Shown here piece after piece: positions 46,501 to 54,483 of a stretch of DNA of 64,000 nt. A program made the position numbers and the translations under genes. The notes under the pieces are model-generated. The model had not been told where the DNA came from. It worked only from the letters and a program-made list of their open reading frames with translations, and did not search any database. Numbering within the stretch: the first letter of the stretch is position 1; each line of letters begins with the position of its first letter. The stretch is from a virus, in the IMG/VR virus record IMGVR_UViG_3300036770_001972, positions 1 to 64,000 of that record; one strand, given 5' to 3'.

Positions 46501-46897
46501 TTCTCTTTGGCGTTCCCGCAGGCCCCTGTCTTTGGTCGCTGAAATCGCTGAAGATCACATAATCATCGATGGCAGGATTGGCAGAAGCACCAGTACCAAG
46601 ATCCTCTAGCCGAATGGCATCGATGATTACCTTGTTATAGTTGTTCGTAAACGCAGGAACACCAATGCCGATACCCGCACCAGGGTTGACTGAAATTGTG
46701 ACAACGCCGTTGTAATAGCCACCCGAACAGCCCGTTTCTCTGATCAAACCGCCATTGGTCGGGCCTACAGCAACATCGTAGACATTGATTGCGCTTGCGG
46801 CTTCAATGATCTCATTCGTTCTGTCGAACCATGTGTTGAAGGTATCGGACAGGACGAGTGGCTGAATGTTAATCAGGTCTGCTGCTGTACAGGACAT
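43502..46897 (-). CDS. tail fiber protein with tail-collar domain
   Basis: DTFNTWFDRTN, NADQLDG, PIGAVQPFAG...GWLLCDG, C-terminal LPGGILIQWG. Confidence 0.8.
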   Translation of the reverse strand: MSCTAADLINIQPLVLSDTFNTWFDRTNEIIEAASAINVYDVAVGPTNGGLIRETGCSGGYYNGVVTISVNPGAGIGIGVPAFTNNYNKVIIDAIRLEDLGTGASANPAIDDYVIFSDFSDQRQGPAGTPKRTTANRMLPNTVVFGDSGNGDFTIQGNVNIIGNLNVQDDISYIDSNDLRIEDKLIELAYARYVQFTISGSSLTGTSFDVGSTAFYHDTINPPTEANATTIGQVSNWSVSPSGTTGTIRLGAFSEGGVGDIIATGKLVVTGTAYQQTVTVSGDVVDGTDFYSDTLLQPAGIRVKGLQGDKDWVWLKSAPIGSVDWYGFFSNTNIGVTGADAHVVSSKFASYGYGAADNTYTYLGFNGTETPFTKYQVGQQLTMWHSATGEAGITFGVVYSGSTGPAVYPNIPVTNWVKWFNADQLDGAHALTTATPWSIPVSLDDGRLHEDWIRADAIRKRFCQTGHAFQVGHVLRFDLDGTLTFAQANTVPNAEAIGMVESVSGDCFSLVTKGFIKGLTGSGGLTGLYPLATGQAYYLHPDVGGRLISDPDGGAYEVQAGEVRKAIFLATGYDSGYVINYTGVIVGDTPSDLVYLRSVAPIGAVQPFAGAIDQIPDGWLLCDGKAKSQNEWNDLYSAIGQNHYADATVYDASTITIDGDTRGLAVGDALRLVWTTGSASVIVATVTEATRRVSFASSPFTEVVEDTEIKVYGRSVGSTVGRSVFFLPDMRRRTAFGVSNGTGLSGSGVISPAISLGTVGGEEEVILLENNIPPHTHSLNSVVQTDQFSTSYGSSTAETGGLQGTGVEPSPFSIYPPYVGLHWIIRSKKGLQATILTGHNHDNYYIRYDINHTVEGGAARTLTEADRVQFRTNARVLRRDADDTFHGTLTVTGNINIQGLGGADSVDAIVAGGVSADYYVGNRLFINESARISLSGSNSLMITGGSTCNVRMYPALNFGLTGPTAFYDQNQRDADSRNLVIDYKTGEVSCRPMHNVSSAAPPTSTAGYPEGFVWYQTGTGGSQSSAYSDQENGYTELPGGILIQWGFVPRAELTNSSGNLYKSITWPTPFATVAWSCNVTPRYSQFNGAGDSYGQIAAMTANGGVIVLGKASEGNLNYLIGASWMAIGKKP

Positions 46898-46904
46898 TTG
46901 CTAT

Positions 46905-47108
46905 TCACCGTTCCTCAATGAGTTTTGACATGAGTGCCTTTAGTTCAGACAGTTCATGTTCCAACCTATTTATCCGATCCTTCTGAGCCTTGGCTTCTTG
47001 CTTTCGTCTCTCATATGCCTTTATCGAATCCTTATCCGTGGAAAGCAACGCCCCCGAGCGCATGTCTCTTACCAATTTTTCATTCTGCACAGGGATCTTG
47101 TGTGTCAT
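46905..47108 (-). CDS. small coiled-coil protein
   Basis: LVRDMRSGALL...INRLEHELSELKALM; typical position in cyanophage-like genomes. Confidence 0.75.
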   Translation of the reverse strand: MTHKIPVQNEKLVRDMRSGALLSTDKDSIKAYERRKQEAKAQKDRINRLEHELSELKALMSKLIEER

Positions 47109-50100
47109 GTTGCGATCATCCGTAGATTGCGGATCTTTGGAACTGCGGCACCGTTGTCATCTCCGAACATCACTACCTTGATTGAGAATGTCTTGAACTT
47201 CTGAAGAGTCGTGTATCCAATGTTTGTGAAAGTGACCTCGCGGAAATCCGAGTCGGAGGACGAAACCCCTGTATCTGTGGATGTCAGTTCGACATAGTTC
47301 ACATTGTCATAGTCGGGTTCACCAACAGGAACTGGACGGACGAACACCTTGACGGACGAGGCATTTGTGTTGCCCTTCTTCGGATTGCACAGCGACATCG
47401 AAACCGTAATGTTTTCGGCTTCCATACCACTCTCCAAGGTGACCTTCTTGCTGATGTAACGGGCGGCTGTGCGGTAACCCGAAGCAACCCCCTCGTTTGT
47501 CGGCTCCAATTCTCCGTTGTACGATCCACTTGAACTGTCTGTTACTGTTTGATTGTTGATCGTGTTGCTTACGGTGATGAAACTGGACTTCTGTAGATCA
47601 AAGATCGGAGACACATACCCGTTCGAACTTGCGGACAGGGTGGCTACAATCTCCGATACATTGCCTTCGCCCGTAGACGAGGAAACTGTGTGATAACCAC
47701 TCGCAGGAATGGTATTCTTGTTTGGAGTAAGGCTTGCGTAGTTCACGGGTGGAGAAGCCTGAACCTCAACTGCATATGCAATTCCCGTATCTTCGGGAGT
47801 CGAATCGACTGCATTCAATCTGAACTCGTTGATGTTCAGATTTGCAGAGCCGCTTGAGATTGCAGAATTCTGCACCGTTACGGTACCGCTGCTGCTGAAC
47901 TTACAGACCTTTAGGCGCAATGCAAGAGTTTCGTTTTCGCTCTTTGCATACTTGCCTGAGTTCTGTGGCTTGAACAGCGACCGCATCATCGGCTGCTTGA
48001 TCACACCGATCTTTGGATCCTCTTCGGATGCTCTGATGATTGTGGATCCAATCGATCCCTTCAGAAGGGCATAATTCGAAGAGTTTGTTGAAACGCAGAC
48101 CGCATACTCCTTCGCGGGAAGAAGATAGACGGGAGTGCTGAACGGGAAGTTCGTTGCATCTGCATCACCGTCTTCGATTAGATCCACCGTAGAAATGCTT
48201 CCATCGTTGTACTTGACAGATGTGGCAAACGGCAGCACCTTCGATGGGTGTGGGTATCCCGAAACGGTGGGTCGAATCTGCACAGTCACGGGGATCGTGC
48301 TAAGTGCATCAACACTCTCAAAGTAGAGATCGACCGACTTTAGGAAGATACCTTGGGGATACTTGACGGGATCGACATAGAATGTCTGCGACAGCGGCTC
48401 AGAATAGCCACGAATCTCACCCGAACTTGTAAGCATTTCTGATAGGTTCGAAACTACCTTTTCAGTCTTGACTGACTTTCTTCGGGTTTCGGCAATACGG
48501 GTTGCCAACAGACCATCCTCTGACAGAGAATCATATGCACCTTCGACTGCATATGTGGCTTCTGCTGCCATCGTGGAGGAGGCGACAGAATCCGCAGAGG
48601 CAACATCCGTGATGCGAATGTTGTGCCGTCCGACCAAGAAGTTCTGTTCATATACGCCTGTCGAAGCGTTTGGATAGTTGAACAGATACTTGATCGATGC
48701 TTCACCATTTTCAGTAGTAACTTGACTTCCACCCGTGCAGTATGGGGTGACATTCATGTCATCGCAGAAGACATAGAATGTGGTGCTTGGCTTGAGTCCC
48801 TTGGCGGTGAGGGTGATTTCCTGCTGACGAGCAACGGGCAGAACATCACGGGCTACCGTCTTGTTTGCCACAATCTTCTTCATGCTCTCAGGAGCAACAG
48901 AAGAGTTAACGCTGTTCAAAGACAATCCTTCAGCCTTGGCAGACAGCAACTTGTTTCGGACTAGATTGGGGCGATTGTTCTTGGAGTTCTGATTCTCCTT
49001 GCCGAACCAAATCGATTCCCAATCATTGAACCGAGTGCCGAATCCATAGTTGGAGTTGACTTCCCAGTTGTCATTCTCGCCCTCTACATTGACACGAACC
49101 TTTGGCTGCTTCGTGGTGTCGTACCATGTATCCGCTGCGGGGCTGATCGACAGATGCCCCATGTAGTTGATTACATTGAACGGATTGATCTGAATCGACT
49201 CGCTTGCCAACAGATGGGAGATTTCAGGAGACTGTGTGAAGGAGAGGGTATAGACACCATCGGTGGCATTGCCAGTAACCGAGGATACAACTGCTCCCGT
49301 CAGTCCATATGAGCGAGTAGAGAACGGTGGACGCAGTTCGTTGTTTTCATAATCAACGCTTGCGGCAAACATCGGATCTGCATTGTCAGCGACTGCGTGT
49401 CCCTTGAACTGATCGACCAAGATGCCGCGCTTTGGCATCTCATCTCCGTTTTCATCACGGATGCTCTTTGCCTTTGCTTCTTGCTCTAGAAGGCTAAGTG
49501 TTGTGTAGTACTCAACAGCCTCAATGCGCTTCTCAAGATCACCAATATCCCGCATCGTGTATCGCTTGTTCTCAACATAACGAATCGATGCGTCATTGCT
49601 GTTGAATGTGTACGGATTGACCTGTACGGTGTACAAAGTCATCGCATTCGGATCGTCCGCAGGAATGTCGGCGTTGAGAGACGGCGTTCCCGAGATGACT
49701 GCAAAATTGCGATCCCGAGTCAAGACGATCTTGTCTGTTCTTGGGAGATAATGCGTATAGGTGAAGTCGTTATCGTTTGCTGCCGAATTCGTGGGAATCC
49801 ACGGCGTAGCCATGATATCTCCACTCAGGCTTCTGTCGGGACGGAAGTCAATGCAGTCGCGCAACTTGTACTGTGTGCCCGTGGACTTGCTCGTATAGGT
49901 CGGGATGTTCTCATAATCGGGATACGAAGCAACCGTATATGCACCATATACATTTTCGTGAGAGTAGTACTTGAAGGTTGCGTAGAAAGGCCCAGTAACG
50001 CCTGTAACCCCTGCGCCGAGAGTCAGGCGAGACCAATCATAGAACGAGTCGCGCTGACCGTTGTCTAGAGTGAAATACGAGTTCAGGCTGATCCCCGAAC

Positions 50101-52057
50101 TTGCACCCTTTGTTCCCGTGATTGACAGAAGTTCGATGACATCCGTGTATCCGTTCAGGAAGAGAGTATCAGATGTGCTGCCTCTCTCGTCACCTGTCAA
50201 CGAAGACCCCCACGCGCCCGTGAGCGTGAGGCTTACTGTCTGTTCTGTCTTGTCGCGGATGTAGTTCACCATAGCCGTGGAATCATTGCCTGGTTCCTGT
50301 GTGGCGTATGTGAATACCTTTGTTCCTGCCGCAGCATTTGTAACAGTAACGGATAGTTCCGTGACATTTGCACCACGGGCGGCAGTTCCTGCAAGAACCT
50401 TGCCAGTTCCGTCGAAAACCAACACATCCGAGTCGGGAAGGCTTACAGTCGTATTGATCGGGAACTGAAGACCAGGGTCATATGAGTTGATCGTGTATGT
50501 GAATGACGATGTCGGTGCTGTTCTTGAATCATATCCAACGATTGCATAGTCACCCGAAGAGAACGAGGTGACTCCCGAACCTTCAGGAACCTGATACAGA
50601 AGAATGTCTTGACTCTCGTTTTCCAATCCCGCACTTCCCGTGAGGGTAAACATGTGCGCCGTCAAACTGGGAAGGTGAATACGAACTGTTTCTTCGAATG
50701 ATGCCGTACCCGACATCTTGATGTCATACAACGACAAGTTGTAGACACTAGCCGAATATGGCTCCACCCAACGCATTCTTGCAGAGCCGATGACATCAAG
50801 AGCCGAACCGCTTGCACCGCGAGACAGGTTGATTGTTGGGTGTTTGGTGGGATCTTCAATTGGGTTAAACGATCCCGTGATGCCCGAGAATTCAACCTTT
50901 GTGTATGGGCCAATCGATCTGTTGAAATCGCGGGTGACTGTTCTTTCGTGGGACTCCCCACGGGCACATGGGATGTTCAATTTTGTCTTTGCCTGAGTTT
51001 CAAACTCATATCCAAAGACATATGCTTTGCCCGAGGACAATTCCGCCTTCAGTACGGTGTTTCCGCCGCTAGAAGTTGGGCCGTTCAAAGTGAGTTCGAA
51101 CGGATTGACTGTGTAGTTGCCCGATTCGTCGTATGTCCGTCTTGCAAGGGTATCCTCAAGGACTGCATAATCGGGGTACTTTTCGATCTTAACGATGTCG
51201 CCATCGACAACTCGCATGAACTCAATGAATCCAACGCGAGAGAAGTTGTCAACGGAACTCGTATCTGATGCTGTGAATCCATTCTGAGCGACATTGAGTT
51301 CGATCTTGAATCGATCCGAGCCTGGTGCGGCATAGTTGTAAAAGCCGAAAGCGGGATCGTTCAATGATGTATCGTCAGTCGCGGTGACGAAACTCTTGTC
51401 AACAGAGAAGCCAATACGGGTCGTTGGGTTGTTGTAGTTACGGATTAGGCTACCCGCGCTGCCCGTGAGGGTATATGCACCAATCGACTGTGAATCATTC
51501 AGTACGAAATAGCCTTCGACAAATCGAACGCCTCGTTCAACTGAGGCAACCAACGCATCACCAATGAAGCAGCAAGAAGGCCCCGTGATCGATGCTGTGA
51601 TCCCAACACCGTTTGATGCTGTTGCGGCGATGACATCGTTTGCATCGAAAGTCGCCCCGCCCTCCATGTACTCAAAGAAAAGAACAGGTCTGTTTTCCTC
51701 CAAAGTGCTTCCCGAAAGACCCACTTCGGCATGAACCACACGCGCCCGAGCCTTGCCCGAAGAACTAATGACAGCACCAATGAAGTCGGCAGGATCCTCT
51801 GTCGATCCTCCCAATTCAACCTTTGCGTACTTGACGCGATTTTCGCTGATCTGACCATCAAGAACGATGCTTCCCTCTTCGAAAACATGGGATCCCATTC
51901 TTTCGATTTGGTTCTGAAGGAGCGTCTGAATCTGCGTCAGTTCTCTTGCCTGAACACCGTAGCCAGGGCGGAACATCAACCGAAGGAACTTCTTGTCCTC
52001 CGAGAAGTCATCGTAATAGGGGTCTACATTGAATAGGCTTGGGTCGTATGACGGCAT
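47105..52057 (-). CDS. large virion structural protein (DUF4815/VrlC-like)
   Basis: PYYDDF, FRPGYGVQARELTQIQ, LARRTYDESGNY, RYTMRDIGDLEKRI, PLSQTF. Confidence 0.88.
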   Translation of the reverse strand: MPSYDPSLFNVDPYYDDFSEDKKFLRLMFRPGYGVQARELTQIQTLLQNQIERMGSHVFEEGSIVLDGQISENRVKYAKVELGGSTEDPADFIGAVISSSGKARARVVHAEVGLSGSTLEENRPVLFFEYMEGGATFDANDVIAATASNGVGITASITGPSCCFIGDALVASVERGVRFVEGYFVLNDSQSIGAYTLTGSAGSLIRNYNNPTTRIGFSVDKSFVTATDDTSLNDPAFGFYNYAAPGSDRFKIELNVAQNGFTASDTSSVDNFSRVGFIEFMRVVDGDIVKIEKYPDYAVLEDTLARRTYDESGNYTVNPFELTLNGPTSSGGNTVLKAELSSGKAYVFGYEFETQAKTKLNIPCARGESHERTVTRDFNRSIGPYTKVEFSGITGSFNPIEDPTKHPTINLSRGASGSALDVIGSARMRWVEPYSASVYNLSLYDIKMSGTASFEETVRIHLPSLTAHMFTLTGSAGLENESQDILLYQVPEGSGVTSFSSGDYAIVGYDSRTAPTSSFTYTINSYDPGLQFPINTTVSLPDSDVLVFDGTGKVLAGTAARGANVTELSVTVTNAAAGTKVFTYATQEPGNDSTAMVNYIRDKTEQTVSLTLTGAWGSSLTGDERGSTSDTLFLNGYTDVIELLSITGTKGASSGISLNSYFTLDNGQRDSFYDWSRLTLGAGVTGVTGPFYATFKYYSHENVYGAYTVASYPDYENIPTYTSKSTGTQYKLRDCIDFRPDRSLSGDIMATPWIPTNSAANDNDFTYTHYLPRTDKIVLTRDRNFAVISGTPSLNADIPADDPNAMTLYTVQVNPYTFNSNDASIRYVENKRYTMRDIGDLEKRIEAVEYYTTLSLLEQEAKAKSIRDENGDEMPKRGILVDQFKGHAVADNADPMFAASVDYENNELRPPFSTRSYGLTGAVVSSVTGNATDGVYTLSFTQSPEISHLLASESIQINPFNVINYMGHLSISPAADTWYDTTKQPKVRVNVEGENDNWEVNSNYGFGTRFNDWESIWFGKENQNSKNNRPNLVRNKLLSAKAEGLSLNSVNSSVAPESMKKIVANKTVARDVLPVARQQEITLTAKGLKPSTTFYVFCDDMNVTPYCTGGSQVTTENGEASIKYLFNYPNASTGVYEQNFLVGRHNIRITDVASADSVASSTMAAEATYAVEGAYDSLSEDGLLATRIAETRRKSVKTEKVVSNLSEMLTSSGEIRGYSEPLSQTFYVDPVKYPQGIFLKSVDLYFESVDALSTIPVTVQIRPTVSGYPHPSKVLPFATSVKYNDGSISTVDLIEDGDADATNFPFSTPVYLLPAKEYAVCVSTNSSNYALLKGSIGSTIIRASEEDPKIGVIKQPMMRSLFKPQNSGKYAKSENETLALRLKVCKFSSSGTVTVQNSAISSGSANLNINEFRLNAVDSTPEDTGIAYAVEVQASPPVNYASLTPNKNTIPASGYHTVSSSTGEGNVSEIVATLSASSNGYVSPIFDLQKSSFITVSNTINNQTVTDSSSGSYNGELEPTNEGVASGYRTAARYISKKVTLESGMEAENITVSMSLCNPKKGNTNASSVKVFVRPVPVGEPDYDNVNYVELTSTDTGVSSSDSDFREVTFTNIGYTTLQKFKTFSIKVVMFGDDNGAAVPKIRNLRMIAT

Positions 52058-52069
52058 TTGCTTACCTCA

Positions 52070-54469
52070 TCAGAAGTCGATGACTATCTTTATCTCTTCC
52101 TTTTGTTCAAAACCGCGTTGAATCGGCTTCATATTCTGTATGTATAGGGTCTCTCCCGAACGATACTTGAGTTCCCCTGTGTGTACTATTTGTTGGACTT
52201 GAGCGGACGCGGTGGTTGACTCATCCACGAAGTAGGGCGTTGTCATGCCAACATAGAACTTACCCTGCGTTCCAGTTACGCGAAGGGTGCCTGTTGTGCC
52301 TGATGCCCCCGCCGACCAATCCATTACATATCCATTTGCCGATCCCGTGTTTCCGTAAGCAAACGCGGTATAGTCATCTTCTCTGAATGACTGTGAATCG
52401 AATTGATTATTTCCGTCATACAACATGACTAGTGATGTTGTCTGATCGTAGACGCTGCTTCCATCCGTTGATGTTGGAACTCCACTCTTGCAGCAATCTG
52501 AATGTGCCTCAAGAATACGAATGACGCTATCAACCGCTACAATCTCTGCCACGCCACTAAGCCCCGTTCCCACGAACCCGCTATACAGAGGATCTACCTG
52601 AGTGAGCCGTTCTCCCTGCTTGAATGTGCCCTGTGGTTCTTCCAAGTAGAGATATCCCGATTTATTCGACCCCAAAGACGGTTCCCATGCATAGACCTCT
52701 CCCGTTGCGCGGGAGGGGGGAGCAGATGTTTCGTAGTTTCCGACACCGATGGCGATGTATCCGCGAGTGAAATCTGTGCCGTTTCCGAGGAATGCAGCAT
52801 CCGTTGGTGCCACTCTGAGTCGAAGAAGGCGGCGACCTTCGGTTCCCGCTACTGTCTTTTCACGAACATTCATGATGGTCAAGCCGTTTACGGTTCCACC
52901 AAACTTGAACTCACCATCTCTGATGTTCGTAAGCACCAATTCACTTGTTCCGCTGTGTCCTGAAGCACCGCTGCGCCAAGAGACGATTTCTCCATATGCT
53001 CCGCTATATCCTGCTCCAGTTGCCTGTTGTGCTGTTGCTCCTGCGATAAAAGATCCCGACACCCCGCTATCGTAGAAGTTGATTCGGACATGCTTTTCCT
53101 CTAGCAGAGGATTGAGGATCAAGCCAAACTGACGGTATTCGTTTTCCGTGCTTACCTTCTCATTCTCGCTGCGGAAATAGTCCTTGACGATCATGATGGA
53201 GGATGCGCCAAGTTCCTTCACGGGATCCGAACCATGTCCATTTGGGGGAGACATAACAGGTTCGGCCAAGTCCTGCAAGAAGACCTTTTCTGTAGGAACA
53301 TCCAACCCCTTGACGAATTCCAAGGATGCAAATGTGTAGTTCTTGCCGCCATCAACCAACTCAATCGAATCGATCAATCGGATAGTCTCAAAGAACTCCG
53401 TGCAAGCGGTAACGCCGTTTGCACCAAGAACATCGGATCCCGCAGTCAGACCAAAGCGAACAGAGACTTCTGCGCTTGTACTGTATGGGTTCGATGTGTT
53501 TACATTTGCCTCACCATCACCAACTACCTTGATGTAAGGAACGATAGAGAATGTGCTTGGACTTCCACCACCCGAAACACTTGCTGAGAACGGGTCTGCA
53601 ACCGTGACAAATGCGGAACTGCCGTCTGTTGGGGTAAACGATGTAATGACCCGCCGCTGACCCAATCCCTGACCGTTGTCAATCGATAGAACCATGTCCT
53701 CATAGTATCCCTCTTGGAGGAATAGGAACTTGGATGCCAAGGTAATTCCAGTTGCTCCCAACGCAACATCCGCAACTACCGTATTGCTTGCGGATGGGAA
53801 TACGCAATTTGTGGAGACAACGAAGGGCTGAACATCGGTGTTCATCTTGATGAAGGCGATTTCGCCGTCAACAGCATCCTCCTGAACTCTCCATTGCAAG
53901 ATTCTCTCGTCGTTGCTGCGGAGATATTCAACAAACTCCACGGGCATGTAGCCGATGGAATCTCCCTGTGTCTTGGTAAGGAACTTTCTCTTAGACTCAG
54001 GAATCTGATAAAGGAACTTCCAACGATAGCCGTCTGAAAGCCGCCTGATCCGCGAGTCTGTGTGCATCGGTGCCACAAGAGACGGTGAGTTGTTTGCATT
54101 GTCAATGCACTTGTATACTCTCTCCTCGTCAACCAATGCATAAAATGGTGCGGGGTTGAGGTCATCGAACAGGTCGATGTTGTCGCGGTAGGCGGTGTAT
54201 ACAGCCCCTGGAGTCCAATCATAGCGACGAACGACCAAGGAAACATCCGAGCGATCAATTCTCTTGTGGGCGAAGATGCCTCTCCAAAAGTCCGTATCGT
54301 CTCTTACCGAATCAACACTTCGGGGGGGATTCTCATCGTCTGTCCACGCAACAACCTTGCCGATTGAGAGAAACAGATTGTTTTCATCAACATCGCCATA
54401 GATGTCAAGAAGAGAACGAGCGGCAATCCGCTTGTGGTTTTGACGAAATGGGTCGCAGGATCCAGCCAT
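52070..54469 (-). CDS. gp8: baseplate wedge subunit gp8-like, with insertions
   Basis: VYKCIDN, DGYRWKFLY, GHGSDPVKEL, YRQFGLI, EEIKIVIDF. Confidence 0.85.
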   Translation of the reverse strand: MAGSCDPFRQNHKRIAARSLLDIYGDVDENNLFLSIGKVVAWTDDENPPRSVDSVRDDTDFWRGIFAHKRIDRSDVSLVVRRYDWTPGAVYTAYRDNIDLFDDLNPAPFYALVDEERVYKCIDNANNSPSLVAPMHTDSRIRRLSDGYRWKFLYQIPESKRKFLTKTQGDSIGYMPVEFVEYLRSNDERILQWRVQEDAVDGEIAFIKMNTDVQPFVVSTNCVFPSASNTVVADVALGATGITLASKFLFLQEGYYEDMVLSIDNGQGLGQRRVITSFTPTDGSSAFVTVADPFSASVSGGGSPSTFSIVPYIKVVGDGEANVNTSNPYSTSAEVSVRFGLTAGSDVLGANGVTACTEFFETIRLIDSIELVDGGKNYTFASLEFVKGLDVPTEKVFLQDLAEPVMSPPNGHGSDPVKELGASSIMIVKDYFRSENEKVSTENEYRQFGLILNPLLEEKHVRINFYDSGVSGSFIAGATAQQATGAGYSGAYGEIVSWRSGASGHSGTSELVLTNIRDGEFKFGGTVNGLTIMNVREKTVAGTEGRRLLRLRVAPTDAAFLGNGTDFTRGYIAIGVGNYETSAPPSRATGEVYAWEPSLGSNKSGYLYLEEPQGTFKQGERLTQVDPLYSGFVGTGLSGVAEIVAVDSVIRILEAHSDCCKSGVPTSTDGSSVYDQTTSLVMLYDGNNQFDSQSFREDDYTAFAYGNTGSANGYVMDWSAGASGTTGTLRVTGTQGKFYVGMTTPYFVDESTTASAQVQQIVHTGELKYRSGETLYIQNMKPIQRGFEQKEEIKIVIDF

Positions 54470-54476
54470 TGCTTTG

Positions 54477-54483
54477 TATTTAG
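54477..54483 (-). promoter_or_regulatory. T4-type late promoter (gp8)
   Basis: CTAAATA 7 nt before ATG. Confidence 0.65.
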
